Shown here piece by piece: positions 19,366 to 28,328 of a stretch of DNA of 64,000 bases. Origin of the DNA: Deltaproteobacteria bacterium (GTDB taxonomy: Bacteria; Myxococcota_A; Polyangia; Polyangiales; JADJMO01); contig JANYDK010000147.1 in assembly GCA_025363655.1 (NCBI GenBank), positions 72,046 through 136,045 of the forward strand, written 5' to 3'. Below the pieces are notes generated by a model that did not search any database, was not told where the DNA came from, and saw only the letters and a list, made by a program, of their open reading frames with translations. The number at the start of each line of letters is the position of its first letter. The first letter of the stretch is position 1. Position numbers and translations under genes: made by a program.

Positions 19366-19794
19366 GTGAGCGCATCCTCGCTGCTGGTCGGCGTCGATCT
19401 CGTGAGAGTGAGCGAGGTCTCACGCTCCGTCGCGCGCTTCGGCGATCGCTACGTGAAGCGGCTCTTCACCGACGACGAAATCACCTACTGCCGCGCCCAC
19501 CCTGCAGCGGCAGCACAGCGGTTCGCGGCGCGCTATGCGGCGAAGGAAGCAGCCATCAAGGTGCTCCGCCCCGACGACGTGAGGCCCGAGCTGCGCTCCA
19601 TCGAAGTGCGCCGCGAGCCGAGCGGTGCCTGCGATCTGGTGCTCCACGGCACCGCCAAGCAGATGGCCGACGCGCGAGGCATCTCGTCGCTCGCCGTCAG
19701 CCTCAGCCACGAAGAAGACATGGCGACGGCGGTGGTCGTCGCGCAGGTTCGCAAGACTCGCTCGCGTACGGGAAAATCTGGGAGGAAATCATGA
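19366..19794 (+). CDS. acpS: Holo-ACP synthase (AcpS-type phosphopantetheinyl transferase)
   Basis: VGVDLV, LFTDDE, FAARYAAKEAAIK and VSLSHE; SD aggaga upstream. Confidence 0.9.
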   Translation: MSASSLLVGVDLVRVSEVSRSVARFGDRYVKRLFTDDEITYCRAHPAAAAQRFAARYAAKEAAIKVLRPDDVRPELRSIEVRREPSGACDLVLHGTAKQMADARGISSLAVSLSHEEDMATAVVVAQVRKTRSRTGKSGRKS

Positions 19795-20039
19795 CGGAAG
19801 ACATCCGGGCCATCATCCGCGAGCACGCTCGCCTCACGGTCGACGTCGCCACGCTCGCCGACGACGCCGATCTCTACCAGGCCGGGATGACCTCCCACGC
19901 CAGCGTCAACTTGATGCTGGCCCTCGAGGAGAAGTTCGACGTCGAGTTTCCCGAGCGCATGCTCCGTCGTCGGGCCTTCGAGAACATCGCCGCCATCCGC
20001 GCTGCCGTCGAAGAGCTCACCGCCGAAAAGGCGGGCTGA
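19791..20039 (+). CDS. Discrete (amino)acyl carrier protein, 82 aa
   Basis: DLYQAGMTSHASVNLMLALEEKFDVEFP. The GMTSH Ppant-site motif is typical of carrier proteins partnered with amino acid:CP ligases. SD ggagg. Confidence 0.9.
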   Translation: MTEDIRAIIREHARLTVDVATLADDADLYQAGMTSHASVNLMLALEEKFDVEFPERMLRRRAFENIAAIRAAVEELTAEKAG

Positions 20040-20041
20040 TC

Positions 20042-21199
20042 ATGGCCGAGCAAGCTTCGGCGTGGGTGACCCTCGCGCACAAGATCGGCGCGAGCGTCCT
20101 CACCGCGCACGTCGATGACGTCGATCGCGCCTCGCGCTTTCCCCGTGAATCGATCGACGCCCTCCGCGCCGAGAAATTCCTCGGGCTCTTCATCCCGAAA
20201 GAGCTCGGCGGTGGCGGCGCGAGCCTCGCCGATCTGACCGGCGTCTGTCACGCCCTCGGCCAGTACTGCGCGTCGACCGGCATGGTCTACGCCATGCACC
20301 AGATCCAAATCGCCTGCATGATGCGCCACTACAAGGGCGCCGAGTTCTTCGCCGGCTACCTCCGCGAGTGCGCGAAGGACGAGCTCCTCATCGCCTCGGC
20401 GACGACCGAGCTCGGGCCGCAGGGCAACACGCGCATGAGCAGCTGCGCGCTCGAATACGACGGCGACGAGGTCAAGCTCGAGAAGAACACGCCGGTCATC
20501 TCCTACGGTCTCGAGGCCGACGGCATCCTCGTCACCTCGCGCCGCACGGTCGACAGCCCGCCGAGCGATCAAGCGGCGACGCTGGTGAAGAAGAGCCAGT
20601 ACACGCTCGAAAAGACGATGGAGTGGGACACGCTCGGCATGCGCGGCACCTGCAGCCACGGCTTCATGTTCCGCGGCAAGGCGCACAAGAGCCAGGTGCT
20701 GGCGACGCCCTTCGCCGAGGTCTCGCAGCAGACGATGCTCCCGGTGGCGCACACCACTTGGACCTCGCTCTGGTCGGGCATCGCGGTCGACGCGGTCAAT
20801 CGCGCACGGGCCTTCGTCCGCGCCGAAGCGCGTCGGCAGCCGGGTGTGACGCCGCCGTCGGCGCTTCGCCTCGCCGAGACGATGAACACGCTGCACCTCC
20901 TTCGCGCCAACGTGATGGACGGCATCCGCGAGTACGAGCGCGTGATGGACGACAGCGAGGCGCTCTCCGGCCTCGGCTTCGCCATCCGCATGAACAACCT
21001 CAAGGTGTCGACGACGCAGCTCACCCCGCAAGTCGTCGGTCAGGCGCTCGCGGTGTGCGGCATCGCCGGCTACAAGAGCAACACCAAGTTCAGCCTCGGC
21101 CGTCACCTCCGCGACGCGCACGGCGGCGCTCTGATGGTCGCGAACGACCGCATTCTCGGGACGAACAGCAACCTTTTGTTGGTCTACAAAGACGAGTGA
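20042..21199 (+). CDS. Acyl-CoA/acyl-ACP dehydrogenase family protein (atypical)
   Basis: VDRASRFPRE, IPKELGGGG, ASATTE, WDTLGMRGTCS and LGRHLRDA. Confidence 0.88.
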   Translation: MAEQASAWVTLAHKIGASVLTAHVDDVDRASRFPRESIDALRAEKFLGLFIPKELGGGGASLADLTGVCHALGQYCASTGMVYAMHQIQIACMMRHYKGAEFFAGYLRECAKDELLIASATTELGPQGNTRMSSCALEYDGDEVKLEKNTPVISYGLEADGILVTSRRTVDSPPSDQAATLVKKSQYTLEKTMEWDTLGMRGTCSHGFMFRGKAHKSQVLATPFAEVSQQTMLPVAHTTWTSLWSGIAVDAVNRARAFVRAEARRQPGVTPPSALRLAETMNTLHLLRANVMDGIREYERVMDDSEALSGLGFAIRMNNLKVSTTQLTPQVVGQALAVCGIAGYKSNTKFSLGRHLRDAHGGALMVANDRILGTNSNLLLVYKDE

Positions 21200-21210
21200 G
21201 CGAGAACCCC

Positions 21211-22137
21211 ATGAGCATCAGCGTCCCGCAGACCCCTGCCGAGAAGAAGTTCTACGACGAGCTGGTCGCGCACAAGCTCCTCATTCCTTGTGACGTGCCC
21301 GGCGTCTTCGGACGCGGCGGCGTCTTCGAGGACGTCGTCGATCGCTTGATGATGCTGATCTCGAAGCACGGCGGCGGCGACGGCGCCGAGATCCAGCGGT
21401 ATCCCCCGCTCCTCAGCCGCAACACCTTCGTGCAGAGCGGCTATCTCAAGTCGTTCCCGCAGATGATCGGCGTCGTCCACTCGTTCGTGGGCAAAGATCC
21501 CGAGCACAAGAAGCTCCTCGAGCGCGTCGATCAGGGCGAGACCTGGAGCGACGATTTCCCCCACGCCGATCTCGTCCTCACGCCGGCCGCTTGCTACCCC
21601 GTCTACCCGCAGGCCAAGGGCACGCTCGAGGCCAAGGGCAAGCTCGTCGACATCATGAGCTACTGCATGCGTCACGAGCCCTCGGGCGATCCGGCGCGTA
21701 TGCAGATGTTCCGTCAGCGCGAGTACGTGCGCGTCGGGACGCCCGAGCAAATCGACGAGTTCCGCGAGACCTGGGCGAAGCGCTCGATGACCATCATGGT
21801 CGAGCAGCTCCAGCTCGCCGCCCACCGCGACGTCGCCAACGATCCCTTCTTCGGTCGCGGCGGCAAGATGCTGGCGATGAACCAGCGCGACGCGGCGCTG
21901 AAGCACGAGATCTTGATCCCGATCTGCTCGACCGAGAAGCCGACCGCGTGCGTCTCGATCAACTACCACCAAGAGCACTTCGGACATCTCTTCGAGATTC
22001 GTCAGCCGAACGGCGAGTACGCGCACACCTCGTGCATCGGGTTCGGGCTCGAGCGCACCACGCTCGCGCTCTTGCACACCCACGGCCTCGCGCCTGCCGA
22101 GTGGCCCAAGTCGGTGCGCGAGCACCTGGGGCTGTGA
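21211..22137 (+). CDS. Amino acid--[carrier protein] ligase (class II, atypical SerRS-like, no tRNA-binding domain)
   Basis: SGYLKSFPQ, LTPAACYPVYP, CMRHEPS.DPARMQMFRQRE, ANDPFFGR, S.NYH and HTSCIGFGLER. Confidence 0.92.
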   Translation: MSISVPQTPAEKKFYDELVAHKLLIPCDVPGVFGRGGVFEDVVDRLMMLISKHGGGDGAEIQRYPPLLSRNTFVQSGYLKSFPQMIGVVHSFVGKDPEHKKLLERVDQGETWSDDFPHADLVLTPAACYPVYPQAKGTLEAKGKLVDIMSYCMRHEPSGDPARMQMFRQREYVRVGTPEQIDEFRETWAKRSMTIMVEQLQLAAHRDVANDPFFGRGGKMLAMNQRDAALKHEILIPICSTEKPTACVSINYHQEHFGHLFEIRQPNGEYAHTSCIGFGLERTTLALLHTHGLAPAEWPKSVREHLGL

Positions 22138-22142
22138 GCGTC

Positions 22143-23141
22143 ATGCTCGGGACCAAGAGCAAGGCCACCGTCCTCGAGATCGATCCGAAGACGTACGTCA
22201 ACAACGGGCTGCACCGCGACGATCGCGCGTGGACGCAGACCAACTGCTACGTCGACCTCTGGATCGAGCTCCTCCACGGGCTCGGGCTCGATCCGGTGGC
22301 CGCCCTCGCGTTCACCGTTCGCCTCGATTTCGAGGGCGATCAGTGCACGTTCTTCAAGTACCCACCGGAGGACCTGGAGGCCATCTACGGCCTCGAGGTG
22401 CAAGAGCTCAACATCTGGCGATCGCTCCCGCATCACCTCGTCGAACAAGCGCTCGTCGGTCGCCCGACCATCGTCGAGCTCGACGCGCACTACCTCCCCG
22501 ACACCGCGGGCACGACGTACAAGACCGGTCACGAGAAGACCTCGGTCGCCGTCGTCCACATCGACATCGAGCAGAAGCGGCTCGGCTACTTCCACAGCTC
22601 GAGTTACTACGTGCTCGAGGGCGACGATTTCGACGGCGTCTTCCGGCTCTCGCCGCAGTTCGCGGGTCAGGCGAACCTCCCGCCGTACGTCGAGATGGTG
22701 AAGGTCGATCGGCTCTTCCGCGGTTCGCACCAAGACCTGGTCGCGCGTGCCCTGCCCCTCGTCCGCTCGCACCTCGCGCGCGCGCCGAAGGAGAATCCGC
22801 TCACGCGCTTCCGTGGTCGCTTCATGGAAGACGTCGAGTGGCTGAAGCAAGAGAAGCTCGAGCTCTTCCACGGCTACGCCTTCGCGTCGCTGCGGCAAAT
22901 CGGGGCCAACTACGAGCTCTTGGCGACGTTCCTCCGCTGGCTCGAGGCCGGCGGTGAGACGGGGCTCGCCGAGGCCGCGACTGCGTTCGATGCGATCGCG
23001 ACCGGCACCAAGGCGCTGCAGTTCAAGCTCGCACGCGTGGTCAACGCGAAGAAGCCGAGCACCGGTCTCGACACCCTCGTCGACTCGATGGCGGCGAGCT
23101 GGGACACGGGCATGGCGCTGTTGCGCGCGCGCTGGGGCTGA
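22143..23141 (+). CDS. DUF1839-family protein (putative carrier-dependent acyltransferase)
   Basis: W.QTNCYVDLWIELLH, DFEGDQ.TFFK, D..YLPDTAGT.Y...H.KT and LPPYVE; usual position after the ligase. Confidence 0.8.
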   Translation: MLGTKSKATVLEIDPKTYVNNGLHRDDRAWTQTNCYVDLWIELLHGLGLDPVAALAFTVRLDFEGDQCTFFKYPPEDLEAIYGLEVQELNIWRSLPHHLVEQALVGRPTIVELDAHYLPDTAGTTYKTGHEKTSVAVVHIDIEQKRLGYFHSSSYYVLEGDDFDGVFRLSPQFAGQANLPPYVEMVKVDRLFRGSHQDLVARALPLVRSHLARAPKENPLTRFRGRFMEDVEWLKQEKLELFHGYAFASLRQIGANYELLATFLRWLEAGGETGLAEAATAFDAIATGTKALQFKLARVVNAKKPSTGLDTLVDSMAASWDTGMALLRARWG

Positions 23142-23144
23142 GCC

Positions 23145-25730
23145 GTGACACGGGCGCGGGTCTCGGGGCACGAGCGCTTCACGCTCGATCGTGGCTGGAC
23201 CTTCGCCTCTACGGCTCCCTCTGCGGCGACGACGCCGGCTGCGCTCGACGCACTCCTGACGGGAGGGCTGCAGCGACAACCTGCGCTCGTTCCCGGCACC
23301 GTCGCCAGCAGCCTGCGCGCGCTCGGTCGATTCTCCTTCGACGAGGGACGCGACTTCGACGCCTTCGACCACTGGTTCACCGCCGAGGTCGAGGTGCCGA
23401 GCTTCGAGCCCGACGCGCACGAGCGGCTGGTGCTCACGCTCGGGGGCCTCGCGACGGTGGCCGACGTCTTCGTCGACGGCGAGCTCGTCCTCCACTCCGA
23501 GAACATGTTCGTCGCTCACGCGCTCGACGTCTCGGAGCGCGCACGTGGCCGCGCGAAGGTCGCGATCGCCATTCGCTTCCACGCGCTCGGCAAGCTTCTC
23601 GAGCAGAAGAAGCCCCGTCCGCGCTGGAAAACAGGCCTCGTTCGCAATCAGCAGCAACGCTGGTGGCGAACCACGCTCCTCGGTCGAGCGCCGTCGTGGT
23701 CCCCCAAGGTTGCGCCCGTCGGCCCGTATCGTCCGGTCGCGTTCGAGGTTCGACGAGCGGTCGAGATCGTCGACGTCGACGTGCGACCGCGTCTCGAAAT
23801 CGAACGAGACGTCGGCATCGTCTCGGTGCAGGCGCGACTGCGCGAGCTCGGCCCGGCGATCTCGGGAGCGTCTCTGGTCGTCGGCGAGCATCGGCAGGCG
23901 CTGAAGATCGATCGAACGGGTGAGAGCCCGCACGCCGAGGTGGTGATCGAGGGCACGTTGACGATTCCGGCGCCAGCGCGATGGATGCCGCACACGCATG
24001 GTTCGCCCATTCGTCATTCGGCGCACGTCGAGCTGACGAGCGACGGCGCGGCGACGACGCTCATCGATCTGACTCCGGTGGCCTTCCGCGCGCTCACGCT
24101 CGACGCGAGTGACGAGGGCTTCACGCTGCGTCTCGACGGCGCGCCCATCTTCTGTCGGGGCGCATGTTGGACCACGCTCGACGTCGTGGCCCTCGGCGCG
24201 CCGGACGAGACCTATCGTGTTGCGCTGCAGCAAGCGCGGGACACGGGCATGAACATGCTCCGCGTCGGCGGCACGATGACCTACGAGACCGACGCGTTCT
24301 ACGATCTCTGCGACGAGCTCGGGATCCTCGTCTGGCAGGATTTCATGTTCGCCAACATGGACTATCCGGCGACCGACGCGGCCTTCGTCGCCTCGGTGCG
24401 CGAAGAAGCGACGCAGCAGCTTTCGCGCCTCTCGGGTCGGCCTTCGCTCGCGGTCCTCTGCGGCAACAGCGAGATCGAGCAACAGGCGGCGATGCTCGGC
24501 GTCTCTCGCGAGCTCTGGCGCGGGCCGCTCTTCGCCGAGATCCTCCCTCAGCTCTGCGCGGCGCGTTGTCCCGACGTGGCGTGGGTTCCCTCGACCCCGA
24601 CCGGCGGCGCCCTCCCCTTCCAGTGCGACGTCGGCATCACCCACTACTACGGCGTCGGCGCGTACCTGAGGCCGCTCGAGGACGCGCGGCGCGCCGAGGT
24701 GCGCTTCACCAGCGAGTGCCTCGGCTTCGCCAACGTGCCCGAGCAGCGAGTGATCGACGGCCTCCTCGGCAGCGGAGAGGCGCCCGTGCACCATCCGAAG
24801 TGGAAAGCGCGCGTCCCCCGCGACGCCTCCAGCGGCTGGGATTTCGACGACGTTCGCGATCACTACCTCGGCCTGCTTTTCCGCGTCGATCCGATGCGCC
24901 TCCGCTACGCCGACATGGATCGCTACCTCGCCCTCAGCCGCGTCGTCACCGGCGAGGTGATGGCCGCGACGTTCGGCGAGTGGCGACGCCCGCGTTCGAC
25001 CTGCCACGGCGCGCTCGTCTGGTTCCTCCGTGATCTCTGGCCGGGCGCCGGCTGGGGCGTGCTCGACTCGACGGGAGGAGCGAAGCCGACGGCGCGCTAC
25101 CTCGGGCGGGCGTTCGCACCGGTGACCGTGCTCATCGCCGACGAGGGCCTCAACGGGCTGCGGCTCCATGCGCTCAACGAACGCGGCGTGCCCTTCGTCG
25201 GCAAGCTCGTCCTCGTGTTGCACCGCGGTGAAACCATCGTGGCCAAGGCAGAAGTGTCGTTGAACGTCGCCGCGCGCGGGAGCGTCACCCTCGATGCCGC
25301 AGCGCTATTTCCGGCGTTTTTCGACACGACGTACGCCTATCGCTTCGGCCCCGCGGCGCACGATCTCACCGTCGCGACGCTCGTCGACGAGGTGACGAGC
25401 CACGTCGTCGCGGAAGCGTTCCACTTCCCGCAAGGGCTGCCGAACGAGCGGCGTGACGATCTCGGACTCGAGGCAGTCGTCACCGCGGCCGAGGCCGGTG
25501 ACTTCTTGCTCACGCTCCACGCGCGTCGCTTCGCGCAGTCGGTCCACGTCGACGTCGACGGATTCGAGGCGAGCGACGACTACTTCCACGTCGCCCCCGG
25601 CAGCTCGCACGCCGTGCGCCTGTCGCCGAAATCAGGCGGCGCTTCTGGGAGCACGGTGAGCAAGCCGCGCGGCGTCGTCGAGGCGCTCAACGGAACGGCA
25701 GCGGTGAAGATTCACGAGGCCGCGCCGTGA
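23145..25730 (+). CDS. Glycoside hydrolase family 2 (beta-mannosidase-like), no signal peptide
   Basis: GLATVADVFVDG, NMF, NMLRVGG...YE, FYDLCDELGILVWQDFMFAN, LCGNSE and RFTSE. Confidence 0.88.
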   Translation: MTRARVSGHERFTLDRGWTFASTAPSAATTPAALDALLTGGLQRQPALVPGTVASSLRALGRFSFDEGRDFDAFDHWFTAEVEVPSFEPDAHERLVLTLGGLATVADVFVDGELVLHSENMFVAHALDVSERARGRAKVAIAIRFHALGKLLEQKKPRPRWKTGLVRNQQQRWWRTTLLGRAPSWSPKVAPVGPYRPVAFEVRRAVEIVDVDVRPRLEIERDVGIVSVQARLRELGPAISGASLVVGEHRQALKIDRTGESPHAEVVIEGTLTIPAPARWMPHTHGSPIRHSAHVELTSDGAATTLIDLTPVAFRALTLDASDEGFTLRLDGAPIFCRGACWTTLDVVALGAPDETYRVALQQARDTGMNMLRVGGTMTYETDAFYDLCDELGILVWQDFMFANMDYPATDAAFVASVREEATQQLSRLSGRPSLAVLCGNSEIEQQAAMLGVSRELWRGPLFAEILPQLCAARCPDVAWVPSTPTGGALPFQCDVGITHYYGVGAYLRPLEDARRAEVRFTSECLGFANVPEQRVIDGLLGSGEAPVHHPKWKARVPRDASSGWDFDDVRDHYLGLLFRVDPMRLRYADMDRYLALSRVVTGEVMAATFGEWRRPRSTCHGALVWFLRDLWPGAGWGVLDSTGGAKPTARYLGRAFAPVTVLIADEGLNGLRLHALNERGVPFVGKLVLVLHRGETIVAKAEVSLNVAARGSVTLDAAALFPAFFDTTYAYRFGPAAHDLTVATLVDEVTSHVVAEAFHFPQGLPNERRDDLGLEAVVTAAEAGDFLLTLHARRFAQSVHVDVDGFEASDDYFHVAPGSSHAVRLSPKSGGASGSTVSKPRGVVEALNGTAAVKIHEAAP

Positions 25731-27499
25731 GCGAGGCACCGATCTTCTTCGGCGAGCCCGACTCGAAGACGGCCGACACGTTCGGGTTCCTCGGCGCCGG
25801 ACACCTCGAGGATGGCCGGGCGGTGATCCTCTGTCCGCCCCTTGGATATGAGGCGATTTGCACGCACCAGGCCTACCGCGCGCTCGCCGCTCGGCTTGCC
25901 GCGGAGGGGATGTCGACGCTCCGTTTCGATTGGCACGGCACGTTCGACTCGGCGGGGAGCGATCGCGATCCCCATCGGGTGGCGGCATGGCTCTCGAGCG
26001 CACGGGGAGCGATCGCCGAGATGCGACGCCGGGGCGCGAAGTCGATCGCGCTCGTCGGCCTTCGCCTCGGTGCGACGTTGGCGCTGACGGCGGCGGCGCG
26101 TGATGGTGACATCGACGCGGTGGTGGCGTGGTCACCGCCGGCCAAAGGGCGCGCGCTCTCCCGCGAGATGCGGGCGCTCTCGAAGCTCGGAGAGGGCGGT
26201 GAGGGCGCGACCGAAGTCGACGGCATCGAGGTCGCCGGTTTCTTCGTCGCGAGCGAGACGCTCGAAGAAATGAGCCAGCTCGATCTCCTGGCGCTGAAAT
26301 CTCCGCCGGCGCGGCGCGTCTTGCTCATCGATCGCGACGATTTGCCGTCGAACGACAAGCTCGAGAAGCACCTCGCGGGGCTCGGAGGGGCGACGACTCG
26401 TCGCGTGCTCGGGGGCATCGCCGCGCTCCTCGACGAGCCGCTCCGCTCGAAGGTGCCCGAAGCGATCTTCGCGGCGACGATCGAGCACCTGGCAGCGATG
26501 CCGAAAGCAAAGAGCAAACTGGAGGCCGCGAGCCGCGAAGATGCGACGACGAGCTTCGGCGTGGTCCGCGAGGAAGCCGTGCGCTTCGGCCCGGCGGGTC
26601 GGCTCTTCGGAGTCCTCAGCGAAGCCCATGGCGCGCGGCAGCTCGGCGTCATCTTGCTCAACACCGGCGCCGATCCGCACGTCGGTCCGAGCCGGCTCTA
26701 CGTGCCGCTTGCGCGCGAGTGGGCCGCGCAGGGCCTCACCGTCCTTCGCTTCGATCTCGGTGGCCTCGGCGAGAGCGCGCCGCCGCCCGGTGCACCGAAA
26801 GGCGATCCGTATCCGCCGCACGCGATCCAAGACATTCGCGCCGCCGCCGAGCTTCTCCGCGCGCGTGGGGTGACGAGGGTGGTGCTCGCCGGGCTCTGTT
26901 CAGGCGCGTATTTCGCCTTTCACGCCGCGCTCACCGATCTGCAACTCGCCGGCCTCGTGCTCGTGAATCCACAGCTCTACTGGCGTGCGGGCCACTCGGT
27001 CGAGATGGTGCGGCAGAAGCCGATCTATCAGCAGTCGTTCTTCAAGCGCTCGGTGATGAGCGCCGAGGGTTGGCGTCGAGTCATCCGCGGCGAGCTCAAG
27101 CCCAAGCACATGCTGACGGTGATGCGTCGTCGCCTCGAGACGTTGGCCTCGGCGCAGGTCGTGAGGGTGAGCGCGCGGTTCGGCCTTGGAAAAGCGTCGC
27201 CGGAGCGCGACATCGGGCGGCAGCTGATGAAGCTGGTGCAGGGCACGACGCCGCTCTTCCTCGTCTTCAGCGAAGCCGACATCGGGCTCGACTACCTCGA
27301 TCTCCACGCGGCCCGCGCGATGTCGCTCTTGCGCAGCGGACGTCGTCAGGCGTTCGCGGTGGTCGCCGGGGCGAACCACACCTTCACGCAATTGCCAGCG
27401 CAGCGCCGGCTCCTCGAGCAGATGCGCGCGTACGTCGGCACGCTCGCCTCGCCTTCAACCGGCGCGACGAGTGGCGCCTTCGGGGAAGCGCGCGTGTAA
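25727..27499 (+). CDS. Tandem alpha/beta-hydrolase fusion (GLRLG domain + GLCSG domain)
   Basis: Domain 1 has LRFDWHGTFDS and VGLRLGA. Domain 2 has HVGPSRLYV, LRFDLGGLGES, AGLCSGA and ANHTF. Both resemble exosortase-A-associated hydrolases 2 and 1. Confidence 0.8.
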   Translation: MSEAPIFFGEPDSKTADTFGFLGAGHLEDGRAVILCPPLGYEAICTHQAYRALAARLAAEGMSTLRFDWHGTFDSAGSDRDPHRVAAWLSSARGAIAEMRRRGAKSIALVGLRLGATLALTAAARDGDIDAVVAWSPPAKGRALSREMRALSKLGEGGEGATEVDGIEVAGFFVASETLEEMSQLDLLALKSPPARRVLLIDRDDLPSNDKLEKHLAGLGGATTRRVLGGIAALLDEPLRSKVPEAIFAATIEHLAAMPKAKSKLEAASREDATTSFGVVREEAVRFGPAGRLFGVLSEAHGARQLGVILLNTGADPHVGPSRLYVPLAREWAAQGLTVLRFDLGGLGESAPPPGAPKGDPYPPHAIQDIRAAAELLRARGVTRVVLAGLCSGAYFAFHAALTDLQLAGLVLVNPQLYWRAGHSVEMVRQKPIYQQSFFKRSVMSAEGWRRVIRGELKPKHMLTVMRRRLETLASAQVVRVSARFGLGKASPERDIGRQLMKLVQGTTPLFLVFSEADIGLDYLDLHAARAMSLLRSGRRQAFAVVAGANHTFTQLPAQRRLLEQMRAYVGTLASPSTGATSGAFGEARV

Positions 27500-28324
27500 G
27501 AAGCTGCTGATGCTGCCGATGAGGCGGCGTCGGTCGTCGAGGTGCGAGAACGTGTGATCGGCGTCGACGTGGCGCTCGACGACGACACGGCCGCGCGTGT
27601 GGAGCGGACGCACCATGTCGTGGAGCTGCTCGGCATAGCCGTATTGCGCGGCGAGCATGCCGGTGTAGACGAAGAGGAGCTCGACTCGACGATCGAGGAG
27701 CGTGCCGAGATCTTGGACGAACTGCTCGCGGGTGATCGGCTTGCGGACGTAGATGGCGTCGGCGTCGTCGAGGCGCCCGCCGGGGACGCGACCACGCGCG
27801 AGGCTCGGGAAACGTCGCTTGAGCGCGAGCTCGAGGACGCGCGGATCGAGGAGCCGCTTGGTGTAGCGATGGAGCCAGAAACGGAGCGTCGGAAACGTGT
27901 ATCCATCGAGAAAAATGGCTGCGCGGACGCGTTGGTCCTGCACCGCGATGGAGTGCACGGTGTCGACGCCGGAGCAGAGGCCGGCGAGCGCGAAGGTCTC
28001 GGCGCCGAAGCGTCCGCCGAGTAGCCCGAGCGCGTCTTCCGTGTCGGCGTCCCAACGGGCGAGCTCGTCGCCCCCGTCGAGCCGAGGAGAGCTGTCGCCG
28101 AGGGCGGAGAGATCGAAGCGGAGGACGACGAACCCGAGTCCGGCGAGCGCGCGAGAGAGGTCGACCCACATGCGATAGGGGCCGACATGATGGTTGACGC
28201 CGACGTTGGAGACGACGACCGCGGGCGCGCCGGCTCGACGATTTACGGGCTCGCAGACGACGCCGGTGAGGTGTCCATCTCGTCCGAAGGTGACGGCGTG
28301 CTCGCGGTAGTTCATCGGATTCAT
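27455..28324 (-). CDS. Alpha/beta hydrolase with a Cys nucleophile elbow (hydrolase-1 type)
   Basis: HHVGPYR, LRFDLSALGDS, AGLCSG and ADHTFS; starts 4 nt after the NRPS stop. Confidence 0.8.
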   Translation of the reverse strand: MNPMNYREHAVTFGRDGHLTGVVCEPVNRRAGAPAVVVSNVGVNHHVGPYRMWVDLSRALAGLGFVVLRFDLSALGDSSPRLDGGDELARWDADTEDALGLLGGRFGAETFALAGLCSGVDTVHSIAVQDQRVRAAIFLDGYTFPTLRFWLHRYTKRLLDPRVLELALKRRFPSLARGRVPGGRLDDADAIYVRKPITREQFVQDLGTLLDRRVELLFVYTGMLAAQYGYAEQLHDMVRPLHTRGRVVVERHVDADHTFSHLDDRRRLIGSISSFLHARFPEGATRRAG

Positions 28325-28328
28325 CGCC

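Noticed and set aside
21211-22137. Possible second seryl-tRNA synthetase
   Set aside because: It lacks a tRNA-binding domain and sits in an operon with a carrier protein, which fits an amino acid:carrier-protein ligase.
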